Notes: generated by a model not told the origin, from the sequence alone. 64,000 nucleotides of DNA from Chitinophaga pinensis (GCA_945865645.1 CAMBEI010000003.1:8308-72307), one strand, 5' to 3'; counted from the first letter of the stretch, positions 27,845-39,200 are shown. Numbers and translations are program-made.

Positions 27845-28594
27845 TTAAATATAAAAGCTAAAGATTGGAGTTTTTATATCATGATAAAATAAAAATGTCC
27901 ATTTTTCCTTCTCTCCCTGTTGCCACCATTGTTGCCTTAACTCCATACATTTGCGACCATCAAAGTCGTATTTGGCAATAAATTTATTTTTCATTTGATG
28001 TAATTGTGGTGCCACATCGGCCCCAAAAAATATTTTATGGCCATCTTCTTCAATCCAAAATACCTGGTGAAAAGGACAGTGAGCCCCGCTAAGTTGGTAG
28101 CTGATATAATCATCAATAGTACCATCGCCATCCAAAAAAATAATTTGATCCGTATTTTGCAGATCATCAAAGTTGGTTATTATGTAGGAAGGGGGGCCTT
28201 TTTGCAAAGCAGCAGACATTTCATTTTTTTGAACGTAATAGGTAGCATTGGGAAAGCTTAAAAAAAAATTCTTTAGAATGTCATCATACTTGAAAACACC
28301 TCCAGCATGATCTTTATGTAAATGACTAAGAAGTACTTTCGTTACTTCCATATGACCAATACCGTTATTTAATAAATTTTGGTGAATTTGTGATGTACCA
28401 TCGGGCATATTAAAACCCATGCCCGTATCAATAATAATAATATCTTTTGAGGTAATAATAGCAAATGGTTGTATTTCTACCAATAAACTACCAGCAGCAC
28501 GGTGCTGTAAATTATCTATATCCGTATTAAATGGAACAAAATTTTTGGTAGCATCAATAGTAAAAGCACCCTCGCTTAGTGGTATTATTTTCAT
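27845..28594 (-). CDS. Metallo-beta-lactamase-fold hydrolase
   Basis: IDTG, SHLHKDHAGG, H..FHQ, GAD, FYHD. Confidence 0.92.
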   Translation of the reverse strand: MKIIPLSEGAFTIDATKNFVPFNTDIDNLQHRAAGSLLVEIQPFAIITSKDIIIIDTGMGFNMPDGTSQIHQNLLNNGIGHMEVTKVLLSHLHKDHAGGVFKYDDILKNFFLSFPNATYYVQKNEMSAALQKGPPSYIITNFDDLQNTDQIIFLDGDGTIDDYISYQLSGAHCPFHQVFWIEEDGHKIFFGADVAPQLHQMKNKFIAKYDFDGRKCMELRQQWWQQGEKEKWTFLFYHDIKTPIFSFYI

Positions 28595-28602
28595 GGCATT
28601 TA

Positions 28603-29436
28603 TTAATAATCGCCCAATGTTTCGGGTAACTGCGCCAAAGCTTTTTGTAATTGTTCATCATTAGGTGCAATACCATGCCATTCATGACTTCCTTCCATAA
28701 AATCAATACCCTTACCCATTTCAGTTTTCATTAAAATAACAATGGGTTTTCCTTTACCAATAAATGTTTTAGCGTTATTTAAACCCGCAACCACAGCATC
28801 CATATCGTTACCATCCATTTCAAATACCTGCCAATTAAAGGCTTCAAATTTGGTTTTTAAACTATCTAGTGCCATAACAGATTTTGTGGGCCCGTCAATT
28901 TGCTGACCATTCCAATCTATGGTAGCTATCAGGTTGTCAACATTTTTATGCGCTGCAAACATAATAGCTTCCCAGTTTTGGCCTTCATCAAGTTCACCAT
29001 CGCCATGAAGTGAGTAAACAATATTATTATCGTTATTCAATTTTTTTGCTAATGCGGCTCCAATAGCCACGCTCATCCCTTGGCCTAACGAACCACTTGC
29101 AATACGTACACCTGGTAAATGCTCATGGGTAGTTGGGTGCCCTTGTAGTCGAGTATTTAATTTTCTAAATGTATTTAATTCTTCTATTTTAAAATAGCCA
29201 CTTCGTGCAAGTGCGCTATAATAAATAGGCGAAATATGTCCATTACTTAAAAAGAAAAGGTCTTCACCTACCCCATCCATATTAAACTGTGGATTATGTT
29301 TCATTACGTCAAAATATAGTGCAGCAAAATAGTCGGCACAGCCCAAGGAACCGCCCGGATGACCACTTTGTACTGCATGCACCATTCTTACAATATCTCT
29401 GCGCATTTGTGTTGCGATATTTTTTAAATTAGTCAT
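28603..29436 (-). CDS. Transketolase, N-terminal (TPP-binding) subunit
   Basis: SGHPGGSLG, LSNGH, LQGHP, GSLGQG, GDGELDEGQNWE. Confidence 0.95.
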   Translation of the reverse strand: MTNLKNIATQMRRDIVRMVHAVQSGHPGGSLGCADYFAALYFDVMKHNPQFNMDGVGEDLFFLSNGHISPIYYSALARSGYFKIEELNTFRKLNTRLQGHPTTHEHLPGVRIASGSLGQGMSVAIGAALAKKLNNDNNIVYSLHGDGELDEGQNWEAIMFAAHKNVDNLIATIDWNGQQIDGPTKSVMALDSLKTKFEAFNWQVFEMDGNDMDAVVAGLNNAKTFIGKGKPIVILMKTEMGKGIDFMEGSHEWHGIAPNDEQLQKALAQLPETLGDY

Positions 29437-29783
29437 TTATATGTAATATTTTTTTATATAATAGAATTAAGGCATCTTGTTGCAAACCTACTTTAAAATT
29501 TTAAATTCAAGTAAATATAATGAAAAATAAAACCTGCTATTAATGATTACTAAAAAATAAAGCATAGATTAAACAAATTATTAATCTGCAATTCAATACT
29601 TTTACAGAATAATATCTTATTAAAAAAGTTAAAGAAGAATATATTTTTAACTCAAATAAAATTATTAAAATTGCCAATGAGTAAGTATAAGAGGAGTAAT
29701 TATTTTTGTTATTTTTTATCTTATGATTTTCTTTTATAACTATCATAGTTTAAAGCTAATCTGCTTTTAACAATAGTTTTTTA

Positions 29784-29791
29784 TAGCTTTG
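29784..29791 (+). promoter_or_regulatory. -7 element of frr
   Basis: TAGCTTTG. Confidence 0.7.
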
Positions 29792-29814
29792 AATTCAATT
29801 AATATTATTAAAAT

Positions 29815-30378
29815 ATGTCAACAGAAATAAATACTATTATTAGTGCTACAGAAGGATTAATGCAAAAAGCATTAAATCACTTAGAAGCAGAATTAGTTAA
29901 AATTCGTGCGGGTAAAGCAAATCCTACCATGTTAGATGGCATTATGGCTGATTATTATGGCAACCCAACGGCTATCGGTCAAATTGCCAATATATCAGTT
30001 TTAGATGCTAGAACTATTTCGGTACAACCTTGGGAAAAGAATATGCTTCAGCCGATTGAAAGAGCAATAACCATGGCAAATATTGGCATTAATCCACAAA
30101 ATGATGGAAGTATCATTCGTTTATTTTTACCGCCATTAACAGAAGAGCGGAGAAAAGAGTTAGTAAAAAGGTGTTATGCAGAAGGTGAGCATGCAAAAGT
30201 GTCGGTAAGAAATATACGTCGGGAGGGGATTGAAGGAATCAAGAAATTACAGAAAGATGGTTTAAGTGAAGACTTATGTAAAGATGGCGAAAAAAATGCG
30301 CAGGATTTAACCGATAAATATATTTCACTGGTAGAGAAACATTTAGAGTCGAAGGAAAAAGAAATCATGATTGTTTAA
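29815..30378 (+). CDS. frr: Ribosome recycling factor
   Basis: IRAGKANP, DYYG.PT, PPLTEERRKELVK, VRNIRR. Confidence 0.98.
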   Translation: MSTEINTIISATEGLMQKALNHLEAELVKIRAGKANPTMLDGIMADYYGNPTAIGQIANISVLDARTISVQPWEKNMLQPIERAITMANIGINPQNDGSIIRLFLPPLTEERRKELVKRCYAEGEHAKVSVRNIRREGIEGIKKLQKDGLSEDLCKDGEKNAQDLTDKYISLVEKHLESKEKEIMIV

Positions 30379-30400
30379 TAATACCAAATAAACATTATTC

Positions 30401-31291
30401 ATGTTTCAACAGGCTATAGAAAAAGTTTTACAGTTTACTCGACCCTTGCATACGATATCAAGAACCTACGGAGGAATGGTATTGCCTGGTAGTTCTACTT
30501 TCTTTTTTGTAAATGATAACGGTGTAGCAATAACTTGTAAACATGTAATGGATATGATTCCTGCAGCCGAAAGTATTAATCAACAATATTTAAAATATAA
30601 ATTAGAGCGTGATAATATTCTCAATGATTCTAAATATAAACGCAATATTCAAGGCCTTCAATTAAAATATAAGTATTTACCAGAAACCACTGTACAATTA
30701 AAAAATAACTTTTTAAACTGTTTTGATACCATTAGTGAAATTACTTGCCATGCTCATCCCACACTTGATTTGGCTATTATAGAATTTAAAGGTTTTAATA
30801 AAGTTTTTTACAATGGGCATGCCAGTTTTATTAAAGACAGCAGCACAATAAAACAGGGTAAAAGTTTAGCTCGTATTGGTTTTCCATTTCCAGAATTTAA
30901 TAATTTTAGGTACAATGCTGATACAGATGATATAGAATGGACCAACGCGGGGAATCCCAATTCTCCTTCTTTTCCTATTGATGGTATTGTTACCCGTTTT
31001 GTAGCTACACAAGCCGATAGTGGAATTACCGGTATTGAAATGAGTACGCCGGGCTTACGTGGACAAAGCGGCGGACCTCTTTTTGATACAGCGGGGAAAA
31101 TTTATGGTATGCAGTTTGCAACCAATCATTTGCATTTGGGCTTTGATATGAAAGATTTTGAGATTATTGATAATGGCAAGAAAAATAAAATTTCAAATAA
31201 CCCTTTTTTACACGTAGGTATTTGTGTGCATGTAGATAGGATAAAAGATTTTTTAAGAGAGAAGAATATCACTTTTACTGAAGCTGATTAA
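30401..31291 (+). CDS. Trypsin-like serine protease (no signal peptide, no PDZ)
   Basis: Triad: TCKHV (His), DLAII (Asp), GQSGGP (Ser). Confidence 0.88.
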   Translation: MFQQAIEKVLQFTRPLHTISRTYGGMVLPGSSTFFFVNDNGVAITCKHVMDMIPAAESINQQYLKYKLERDNILNDSKYKRNIQGLQLKYKYLPETTVQLKNNFLNCFDTISEITCHAHPTLDLAIIEFKGFNKVFYNGHASFIKDSSTIKQGKSLARIGFPFPEFNNFRYNADTDDIEWTNAGNPNSPSFPIDGIVTRFVATQADSGITGIEMSTPGLRGQSGGPLFDTAGKIYGMQFATNHLHLGFDMKDFEIIDNGKKNKISNNPFLHVGICVHVDRIKDFLREKNITFTEAD

Positions 31292-31297
31292 ACTTAT

Positions 31298-32179
31298 TTA
31301 ACTAGCCACTTTACGATTGACTAAATAAACCCCAAATAAAATCAACAACAGGCAACTAAATTCTTTCCAGCCTACTTCTTCGCCGTAGATTAAGCCCCAA
31401 ATATTTGCAATAATAGGTATGCCATAGGTTACCATAGAAGCAAATACAGCTCCTGCCCTTTTTACAAGTACATAAAAAATTATAGAAGCAATTGCAGTAG
31501 CCAAAATACCTAATAAAGCTGCATGTCCGGTTGAATATAAAATATGGGGATCGCTCAAGTTTAGATTAAAATAACCAGTAAAATACAATACAATTAAAGC
31601 AGGAATGGCATTTAATGTTAGTGCAATAGATGCGATCTGCAATGATCCTATATTTTGTAAATGCTTATAGACCATATTTACATTAAAGCCATAAAAAATT
31701 GTTGCTAATATTACAAAGGAAATATAGCGCAAGTTTTCATTTTCTAATATATGTTCTTTACTAATTAGTAATAAAATACTTCCTGCAAATGCAATAAAAA
31801 TACCTACTATTTTTTTTCCTGCAGTTTTGCTTTTAAAAAAAAGTGCTCCTGTAAGGATAACAAAAATGGGTGTTAATGAATTTAGGGAGCCGGCCAATGC
31901 CCCGTCGATACCTAATTCTGCAACACAAAATAAATAAGCTGGTAATAAGCTTCCAAAAAAACCAGATACAAAAATTATAATTAATTTATTTTTAGGAATT
32001 CTTTTAAAATGAATAATAGCTGATGGCAGTAATACGATACCAGAAAAAACAATACGAAGCGATGCTAGCTGAAAAGCAGTTAAGTACTGCAGTCCTTCTT
32101 TCATCATAATGAAGCTACTGCCCCAAATAACAGCTAGTAGTATAAAAATTGACCAGTTTAAAATCCCTTTATTGCCCAT
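31298..32179 (-). CDS. DMT/EamA-family transporter
   Basis: IWGSSF, ~10 TM segments in two repeats. Confidence 0.92.
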   Translation of the reverse strand: MGNKGILNWSIFILLAVIWGSSFIMMKEGLQYLTAFQLASLRIVFSGIVLLPSAIIHFKRIPKNKLIIIFVSGFFGSLLPAYLFCVAELGIDGALAGSLNSLTPIFVILTGALFFKSKTAGKKIVGIFIAFAGSILLLISKEHILENENLRYISFVILATIFYGFNVNMVYKHLQNIGSLQIASIALTLNAIPALIVLYFTGYFNLNLSDPHILYSTGHAALLGILATAIASIIFYVLVKRAGAVFASMVTYGIPIIANIWGLIYGEEVGWKEFSCLLLILFGVYLVNRKVAS

Positions 32180-32511
32180 TTTAAAATTTGTGGCAAAGTT
32201 GCTATTTTTATAGGTATAAAAATAAATTTGTTTTTAAAAGATTTGTTAAGTTTTAAACTTATAATTTACAGCAGTAAATAAAATAAGTATATTTGTTATT
32301 ACTCACTTCATCAACCAATACATTGTTAATGGAGATAAGAGATTCACTGAAAAAATAATTATAATACCTTTAAATTTATATGCCCCATCTGCTATTGCTT
32401 ATTATTTGATGTAGGTTTTAGTAGAAAAGATAAAAGTTTTTGCTTTCATACTTTTTTTTCACATATGCCAATACCTTAATTTATTAATGCAAAACTTTCT
32501 TAACTTATTAA

Positions 32512-32519
32512 TACATTTG
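32512..32519 (+). promoter_or_regulatory. -7 element of scpA
   Basis: TACATTTG. Confidence 0.65.
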
Positions 32520-32563
32520 CCACAATAAGTGAAACTATTTATACATTACAATTTTTTTTATAC

Positions 32564-33361
32564 GTGAATATAACCTCTTACCAGATTAAATTAGAACAAT
32601 TTGAAGGTCCATTTGATTTACTTTTATTTTTTATAGAAAGAGATGAGTTGGATATTTATAATATTCCTATTACAAAAATCACGAATGATTTTTTAGATTT
32701 TATTCATACCGGAGAAAAGTTAAATATAGAGTTAAGCAGTGAGTTTATCTTGTTTATTAGTACGCTTATGCGTATTAAAGCAAAAATGTTATTACCCCGT
32801 AAAGAGATTGATGCTGATGGTAACGAAATTGATCCAAGGCAGGAACTTATAAATAAAATATTAGAGTATAAAAGGTTTAAGGAAGCTGCTAGTAAAATGG
32901 CAGAGATGGAAGCTTTGAGGTTATTGTTATTAAAGCGTGGCAATCTTCAAAAAGAGATTTCCCAAATTGGAGAAGAGGCCGGTGAGGGGACAGAGATCCA
33001 GACTGTAACTCTGTTTAAGCTAATGAAGGCTTTTGAAAAAGTTATTCTAAAATTGCAGGAAAGAAACCTTAACCCTGTTCACACTGTTGTTAGGTATAAG
33101 TATACAATGGAAGAAAGTAGGACTTACATGTTAGACGTGTGCAGTTTGGAAAAAACTGTTTCTTTTGAGAAGGTATTTGAAATTTGTGAAAATCGGATAC
33201 ATGCCATTTTTTTATTTCTTTCTCTTTTAGAATTGGTACAAGAACGGTTTATGAGTTTGTTAACTGGCGAAGGCAGGAATAATTTTATTATTGAATGGAA
33301 TGATAGCAGAGAAGAGGAGGAGGTTGGCTTATTGCCAGGCGAAGAAATGGCCAACAATTAA
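32564..33361 (+). CDS. scpA: Segregation and condensation protein A (SMC kleisin)
   Basis: FEGPFDLLLFFI, DPRQELI..ILEYKRFK, FLSLLEL; GTG start. Confidence 0.95.
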   Translation: MNITSYQIKLEQFEGPFDLLLFFIERDELDIYNIPITKITNDFLDFIHTGEKLNIELSSEFILFISTLMRIKAKMLLPRKEIDADGNEIDPRQELINKILEYKRFKEAASKMAEMEALRLLLLKRGNLQKEISQIGEEAGEGTEIQTVTLFKLMKAFEKVILKLQERNLNPVHTVVRYKYTMEESRTYMLDVCSLEKTVSFEKVFEICENRIHAIFLFLSLLELVQERFMSLLTGEGRNNFIIEWNDSREEEEVGLLPGEEMANN

Positions 33362-33454
33362 ACAAAATAAATTCATAAGGTATTTAAAAATAGATAATTT
33401 TACCATTTCGGCTTCTGAAAATTCGGAATTGCTGCCAATTGAGATAGCAATGTA

Positions 33455-35380
33455 TTAATTTAATATTGAAACCTTTGCATTAACCATAGCTCTTAATGTA
33501 TTTGCAATACCATTGGCATCAATACCAATTTCATCATATAATTGTTTAGGACTACCATGTTCAACTAATCTGTCGGGTATTCCCATAATTTTTATCATTG
33601 CTTTATAACCATGTGCATTCATAAATTCTAAAATTGCAGAACCAAATCCACCAACAATAGTTCCGTCTTCAACAGTAATCACTTTATTGTAATTACTAAA
33701 AACTTCATGTAGCATAGACTCGTCTAATGGTTTTACAAATCTCATATCATAATGAGCAGGATTAATTCCTTCGGACTTAACATCACGAATAGCTGCTGCG
33801 GCAAAATTACCGGGATGGCCAAATGATAAAACTGCAATATCTTTTCCATCTTTTAATTTTCTTCCTGTGCCAATTTTTATTTCCTGCATTTCGGTTTTCC
33901 ATTCGGACATAACGCCTTCTCCTCTAGGATAGCGAATAACAAAAGGCAATATAGTAGTGTCTAATTGAGCAGTAAACATAAGATTACGCAGTTCAGCTTC
34001 ATTCATTGGTGCACTTACAATCATATTTGGAATGCAACGCATGTAAGCAATATCATAACAACCGTGGTGTGTAGGTCCATCTTCGCCAACCAGGCCAGAT
34101 CTATCTAAACAAAAGATTACCGGTAATTTTTGAATGGCAACATCATGTATAACCATATCGTATGCTCGCTGCATAAAAGATGAATATATGTTACAGAACA
34201 CTTTCATACCCTGGGTAGCCATTCCTGCACTTAATGTAACAGCATGTTGTTCGCAAATACCCACATCAAATGCCCTATCGGGCATTTGGTCCATCATTAA
34301 TTTTAATGAGGAGCCGCTTGGCATTGCCGGTGTGATTCCAAATATTTTTTTGTTTTTTTGCGCCAACTCAATAATAGTATATCCAAAAACATCTTGATAT
34401 TTTGGAGCTTGGGGTATATTAAAAGTTTTCTGTTGTATTTCACCAGTTATTTTATCAAATAAGCCGGGTGCATGCCATTTTGTTTGGTCTTTTTCAGCTA
34501 GTCCGTACCCTTTACCTTTGACTGTTTTTATATGCAAAATTTTAGGTCCGGGTATATCTTTTAGGTCGTTTAAAGTATCTACTAGTTTGGTAATATTATG
34601 ACCATCTATTGGACCAAAGTAACGTAGCTGAAGCGCCTCAAATAAATTACTACTTTTACTTACCATGCCTTTCAAACTTGCTTCTAGTTTACTTGCCATA
34701 CCCTGAGTAAAATTTTTTCCAACTGGTAATTTGCCAAGTATCTTCCAAACACTATCTCTTAAGTCGTTGTAACTATGTGAGGTGGTAATATCAGTTAAGT
34801 ATTCTTTTAAAGCGCCCACATTAGCATCAATGCTCATGCAATTATCATTAAGGATGATTAGCACATTACTTTTTTCAATACCTGCATGATTCATGGCTTC
34901 AAATGCTAAGCCAGCCGTCATAGCGCCATCTCCAATAACAGCAATATGTTGTCTATCCTTTTCGCCTTTATAATGCGATGCCATTGCCATGCCTAAGGCG
35001 GCAGAAATAGAGGTAGAAGAATGTCCAACGCCAAAAGTATCATATTCACTCTCGCTTCGTTTTGGAAAACCGCTTAATCCATTATATTTTCGGTTTGAAG
35101 AAAAATTTTCTCTTCGGCCAGTAAGAATTTTATGGCCATAAGCTTGGTGACCCACATCCCATACCAATTGATCATATGGTGTATTAAATACATAGTGTAA
35201 AGCAACGCTTAATTCCACAACGCCTAAACTAGCGCCAAAATGTCCACCATAAACGCTAACCACATCAATAATATATTGACGTAATTCGTTACAAACTTGA
35301 TGTAATTGCTTCCTGCTTAACTTTTTTAAGTCGTCAGGATTATTAATCTCCTGTAATAAAGGACCTGCTTTAATATTCAT
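33455..35380 (-). CDS. dxs: 1-deoxy-D-xylulose-5-phosphate synthase
   Basis: GGHFGASLGVVEL, WDVGHQAYGHKILTGR, GDGAMTAG, DRSGLVGEDGPTH. Confidence 0.98.
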   Translation of the reverse strand: MNIKAGPLLQEINNPDDLKKLSRKQLHQVCNELRQYIIDVVSVYGGHFGASLGVVELSVALHYVFNTPYDQLVWDVGHQAYGHKILTGRRENFSSNRKYNGLSGFPKRSESEYDTFGVGHSSTSISAALGMAMASHYKGEKDRQHIAVIGDGAMTAGLAFEAMNHAGIEKSNVLIILNDNCMSIDANVGALKEYLTDITTSHSYNDLRDSVWKILGKLPVGKNFTQGMASKLEASLKGMVSKSSNLFEALQLRYFGPIDGHNITKLVDTLNDLKDIPGPKILHIKTVKGKGYGLAEKDQTKWHAPGLFDKITGEIQQKTFNIPQAPKYQDVFGYTIIELAQKNKKIFGITPAMPSGSSLKLMMDQMPDRAFDVGICEQHAVTLSAGMATQGMKVFCNIYSSFMQRAYDMVIHDVAIQKLPVIFCLDRSGLVGEDGPTHHGCYDIAYMRCIPNMIVSAPMNEAELRNLMFTAQLDTTILPFVIRYPRGEGVMSEWKTEMQEIKIGTGRKLKDGKDIAVLSFGHPGNFAAAAIRDVKSEGINPAHYDMRFVKPLDESMLHEVFSNYNKVITVEDGTIVGGFGSAILEFMNAHGYKAMIKIMGIPDRLVEHGSPKQLYDEIGIDANGIANTLRAMVNAKVSILN

Positions 35381-35461
35381 TTTTTTTATTTCCAAAGTAA
35401 AGTTAGCAATTTTAATAATTTTGAACTGCGTAAATAAACAATTATTATCATATAAAGTTCA

Positions 35462-36166
35462 TTATAATTCTTGTTTTAAAGTATACTGCATTAGGTTTAA
35501 TATTAAATCTGGGTTAGGGCTATTTGCTAAATACTTTTCGCATTCTGAAGGTTTACAAACTCCTGGGTAATCGCCTTTATTTTCATACATGTTATGAATG
35601 ATCTGAAAATGTAGATGAGGTGGCCAATTGCCATTTTCGGCAGGTTGGCCAAAATGACCAATCACTTCACCTCTGGTAATGTAAGCGCCTTCATGCAATT
35701 TAGATATATCAGTCAAACTTAAATGACCATAAATGGTGTAAAAAGCCACTGCATCTAATTGGTGTAATAAAACAATAGTTGCGCCATAATCACCAAAATT
35801 ATCGTTGTAAGCAAAACTATGCACCCTGCCTCCTAATGCGGCATACACGGGTGTTTCTACAGATCCCCAAACATCTATTCCTAAGTGTATGGACCGTGCT
35901 TCTTTGCCTGCAAATAAGTTACTTCTTTTGTAAAATGTTCGATTCTCGTTGTATCCGCCAATGCCATATTTTGAGCCATTTTTTTTTAATATACGATTTA
36001 TATAGTCAGCAAATAAATTGGTATTAGCAATGTCTACTGTATTCAGCTCTTTATTTGAATCTGTAAAATCAAAATGAAATAATTTTTCCTTATCCGAATC
36101 AAAATTTATCACTGGGTGAAAGTCGGACTTGTTTTTTATTAAAGCATTTTCTAGTTCAGTTATCAT
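35462..36166 (-). CDS. M23 family metallopeptidase
   Basis: HLGID (HxxxD), YGHL, PPHLHFQ (HxH). Confidence 0.9.
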   Translation of the reverse strand: MITELENALIKNKSDFHPVINFDSDKEKLFHFDFTDSNKELNTVDIANTNLFADYINRILKKNGSKYGIGGYNENRTFYKRSNLFAGKEARSIHLGIDVWGSVETPVYAALGGRVHSFAYNDNFGDYGATIVLLHQLDAVAFYTIYGHLSLTDISKLHEGAYITRGEVIGHFGQPAENGNWPPHLHFQIIHNMYENKGDYPGVCKPSECEKYLANSPNPDLILNLMQYTLKQEL

Positions 36167-36273
36167 TATATAAAGTTAAGATTATTCGGCTTCACTCCAA
36201 GAGCTATTGTCAGTTGCTTTGCATGTTGCTTTTAATAAGAGGCAAAGAGTGTACTTTAATAAAAGTTGAAGGT

Positions 36274-39200
36274 TTAAATCACCACATTAATCATCTTATT
36301 TTTTACAAAGATGATTTTTTTAGGCGGATTACCTTCTAGCCATTTTTGTATAATTTCATTTTGCAAAATGATTTCCTCAACCTGCTGTTGTTCTAAATCC
36401 AATGCCAGTAGAATATTGGTACGCAGTTTACCGTTGATAGATACCGGATATTCTTTAGTAGTTTCTGCTAGCAAGGATGAGTTGAAAGTGGGATAAGATG
36501 CATCGAATATTGATCCCCCCTGCAAATCTCCCTCAGAGAAGGAGATTTGGTCAAAATTTAATTGCTGAAAGAGTTCTTCACTAATATGGGGTGCATAAGG
36601 TGATAGTAAAATTAACAGTGGTTGAAGGATTTCTTTTTTATGGCATTTTAAATCAGTAAGTTCATTTACACAAATCATGAAAGTGCTTATTGCTGTATTA
36701 AAACTGAAGCGTTCGGTATCTTCTTCAATTTTTTTGATAGTGCGATGTAACACTTTTAATTCGGCGTCGGTGGCAGCTTCACCCCCCGACCTCTCTAAAG
36801 GAGCGGGAGTCGTAGTTGTCCAGATTGGGCCCTTAAAATCATCGTAAAACAACCTCCACAGTTTTCGTAAAAAACGATGTACGCCTTCAATACCCTTTGT
36901 ATCCCATGGTTTGCTAGTTTCTACTGGGCCAAGAAACATTTCATACATGCGGAAGGTATCTGCGCCGTATTTTTCACATAGTTCATCTGGATTAACTGTA
37001 TTGTATTTTGATTTAGACATTTTTTCAACTTCTGTACCGCATACATATATATCATTACTTAAAATAAATTCTGCATTTTCATATTCGGGTCGCCACTTTT
37101 TAAATGCTTCTATATTCAATTCAACTCCATTAACAATATTTACATCCACATGAATTTTATCAAATAATAATTCATCTAAAATTGTATCATATGAATAAAA
37201 TTTATTTGTATTTTTTTTTCTATATACAAATCTTGAGCTCCCCTGTATCATTCCTTGGTTTAATAATTTTTTAAATGGCTCATCAAATCCAATTAAATCC
37301 AGATCAAATAAAACTTTGGTCCACATACGACTATATAATAAATGTCCAACAGCATGTTCTGTACCACCAACATATAGATCTACTTGGTTCCAATAATTGC
37401 TTATTTTTCGGTCGCAAAAAATTTGGGTATTGTTTGGATCCATAAAGCGTAAAAAATACCAGCTACTTCCTGCATATCCCGGCATGGTGGAGGTTTCTCG
37501 TTTAACCTCAACCCCGGTCCCTCTCGTAAAGATAGGGTTGTTGGAGCCTGCATTTAAGGCAACTTTATCATTATTTAAGATTGCCTGTTCAATATCTTTT
37601 ATAACAATATCTAAGGCATTATTTACTTGATAATTTGTAAATCTTATCATATTAAAACCAGCTTCTTTCAGCCATTCTTCCCTGCCTTTATCAAATAGTT
37701 TTTGTTCTTCATTATTGTTATATTCACGATCAATTTCTATAATTATTTTTTTTTCAAGACAAACAAAATCAGGTATATAACCGGCAATAGGGTGTTGTCT
37801 TCTTAATTTACATCCGGCAATTTTTTTATCTCTTAGCTCTTGCCAGATAATATCTTCTTCAGCAGTTGTATCTTTTCTATTTTGCTTTGCAAATGAGATG
37901 GTATTTTTCCATTGATGTACCGAGCTGTTAATATATCCAGGGACTTCGTTATCCTTCTCCATTATAGAGTAATTAGGGGAGAGCTCCTTTTCTGTTCTCT
38001 CTTGAAGAGGGATTATGAGCGAGGACCATTCTTTTATATTTGCAAGTGGGCCTTCGCCATCGGGCCCTGGTCCATATGTATTCACATGTGGTAATTGCAA
38101 AGGCAGCTCCTTAGCATCCAGTGGTAGCGCTATTCCATCAGACCAGATTATTGGGAACGGCTCACCCCAATATCTTTGTCTACTAAATCCTGCATCCCGC
38201 ATACGATAATTTACTTTCTTTTCTCCGATACCTAGTGCTTCCATTTTATTGATTGCAATACCAATTGCGTCTTTCATCAACAGGCCATTTAAAAAATCCG
38301 AATTTTCTAATATAGCTTCTTTACTATTATTAGCATTTTCGCCAGTATAGTAACTGCCAATGATATTGGTGATGGGAATGTTAAAATGTTTAGCAAATAA
38401 AAAATCACGCTGATCAGCACAAGGCACTGCCATGATCGCACCTGTACCATATCCTGCTAAAACATATTCAGCAATCCATATAGGTATTTTTTTTTCGGTA
38501 AAAGAGTTAATAGCATACGCCCCGGTAAAGCACCCTGTAATTTGTTTAACTTCAGCTATGCGTTCCCTTTCGCTTCTACTTTTAACATAATGAATATACT
38601 TTGCTACTTCTTCTTGTTTTTCTGTAATTGTAATAGAGGAAATTAATTCATGCTCGGGTGCGAGTACCATAAAGTCGGCACCAAAAATAGTATCAGGCCT
38701 AGTGGTATAAATACTTATTTTTTGCGGGATGTCTTTAATTTCAAAGTTAATTTGCGCGCCTTCGCTTTTTCCTATCCAGTTGCGTTGCATTTCTTTCATG
38801 CTATCGCTAAAATCTACCGTTTGCAATCCCTCTAGTAATCTATCTGCATAATCCGTAATTCGCAAATACCACTGCCTCATTTTCTTTTTTTCTACAAGGT
38901 GTCCGCCACGTTCACTTACCCCATTCACCACTTCATCATTAGCTAAAACGGTTCCTAAAACTGCGCACCAATTTACTTCTCCATACTTGCTAAATGCTAG
39001 TCTTCGGTTCATTAAAATTTCCTCTTGTCGCTGTTTTGTAAACTCGTTCCATTCGCTTGCAGTAAAGTGTTTCCCTGGTATTATTTCGCCGGTTATTGGC
39101 ATAGCGCCCTTTGTTTCGTACTTTTTAATTAGTAAAGAAATAGGTAAGGCTTTTTTTTGTGTGTTGCAGAAATAGCTATTAAACAATTGAAGAAATATCC

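Noticed and set aside
29540-29746. 68-aa - strand ORF between transketolase and frr
   Set aside because: Low-complexity AT-rich intergenic sequence with no protein-like features.
29757-29771. TAAY pair 11 nt apart upstream of frr
   Set aside because: Only two units in very AT-rich DNA; expected by chance.
32303-32449. Possible small membrane-protein pseudogene (MKAKTFIFSTKTYIK**AIADGAYKFKGIIIIFSVNLL..)
   Set aside because: Two in-frame stops and no recognisable family; cannot be distinguished from random AT-rich sequence.
37506-38024. Intein in leuS
   Set aside because: No HINT block A/B/F/G motifs, no terminal His-Asn followed by Cys/Ser/Thr; the nuclease is DUF559-like, not LAGLIDADG or HNH.
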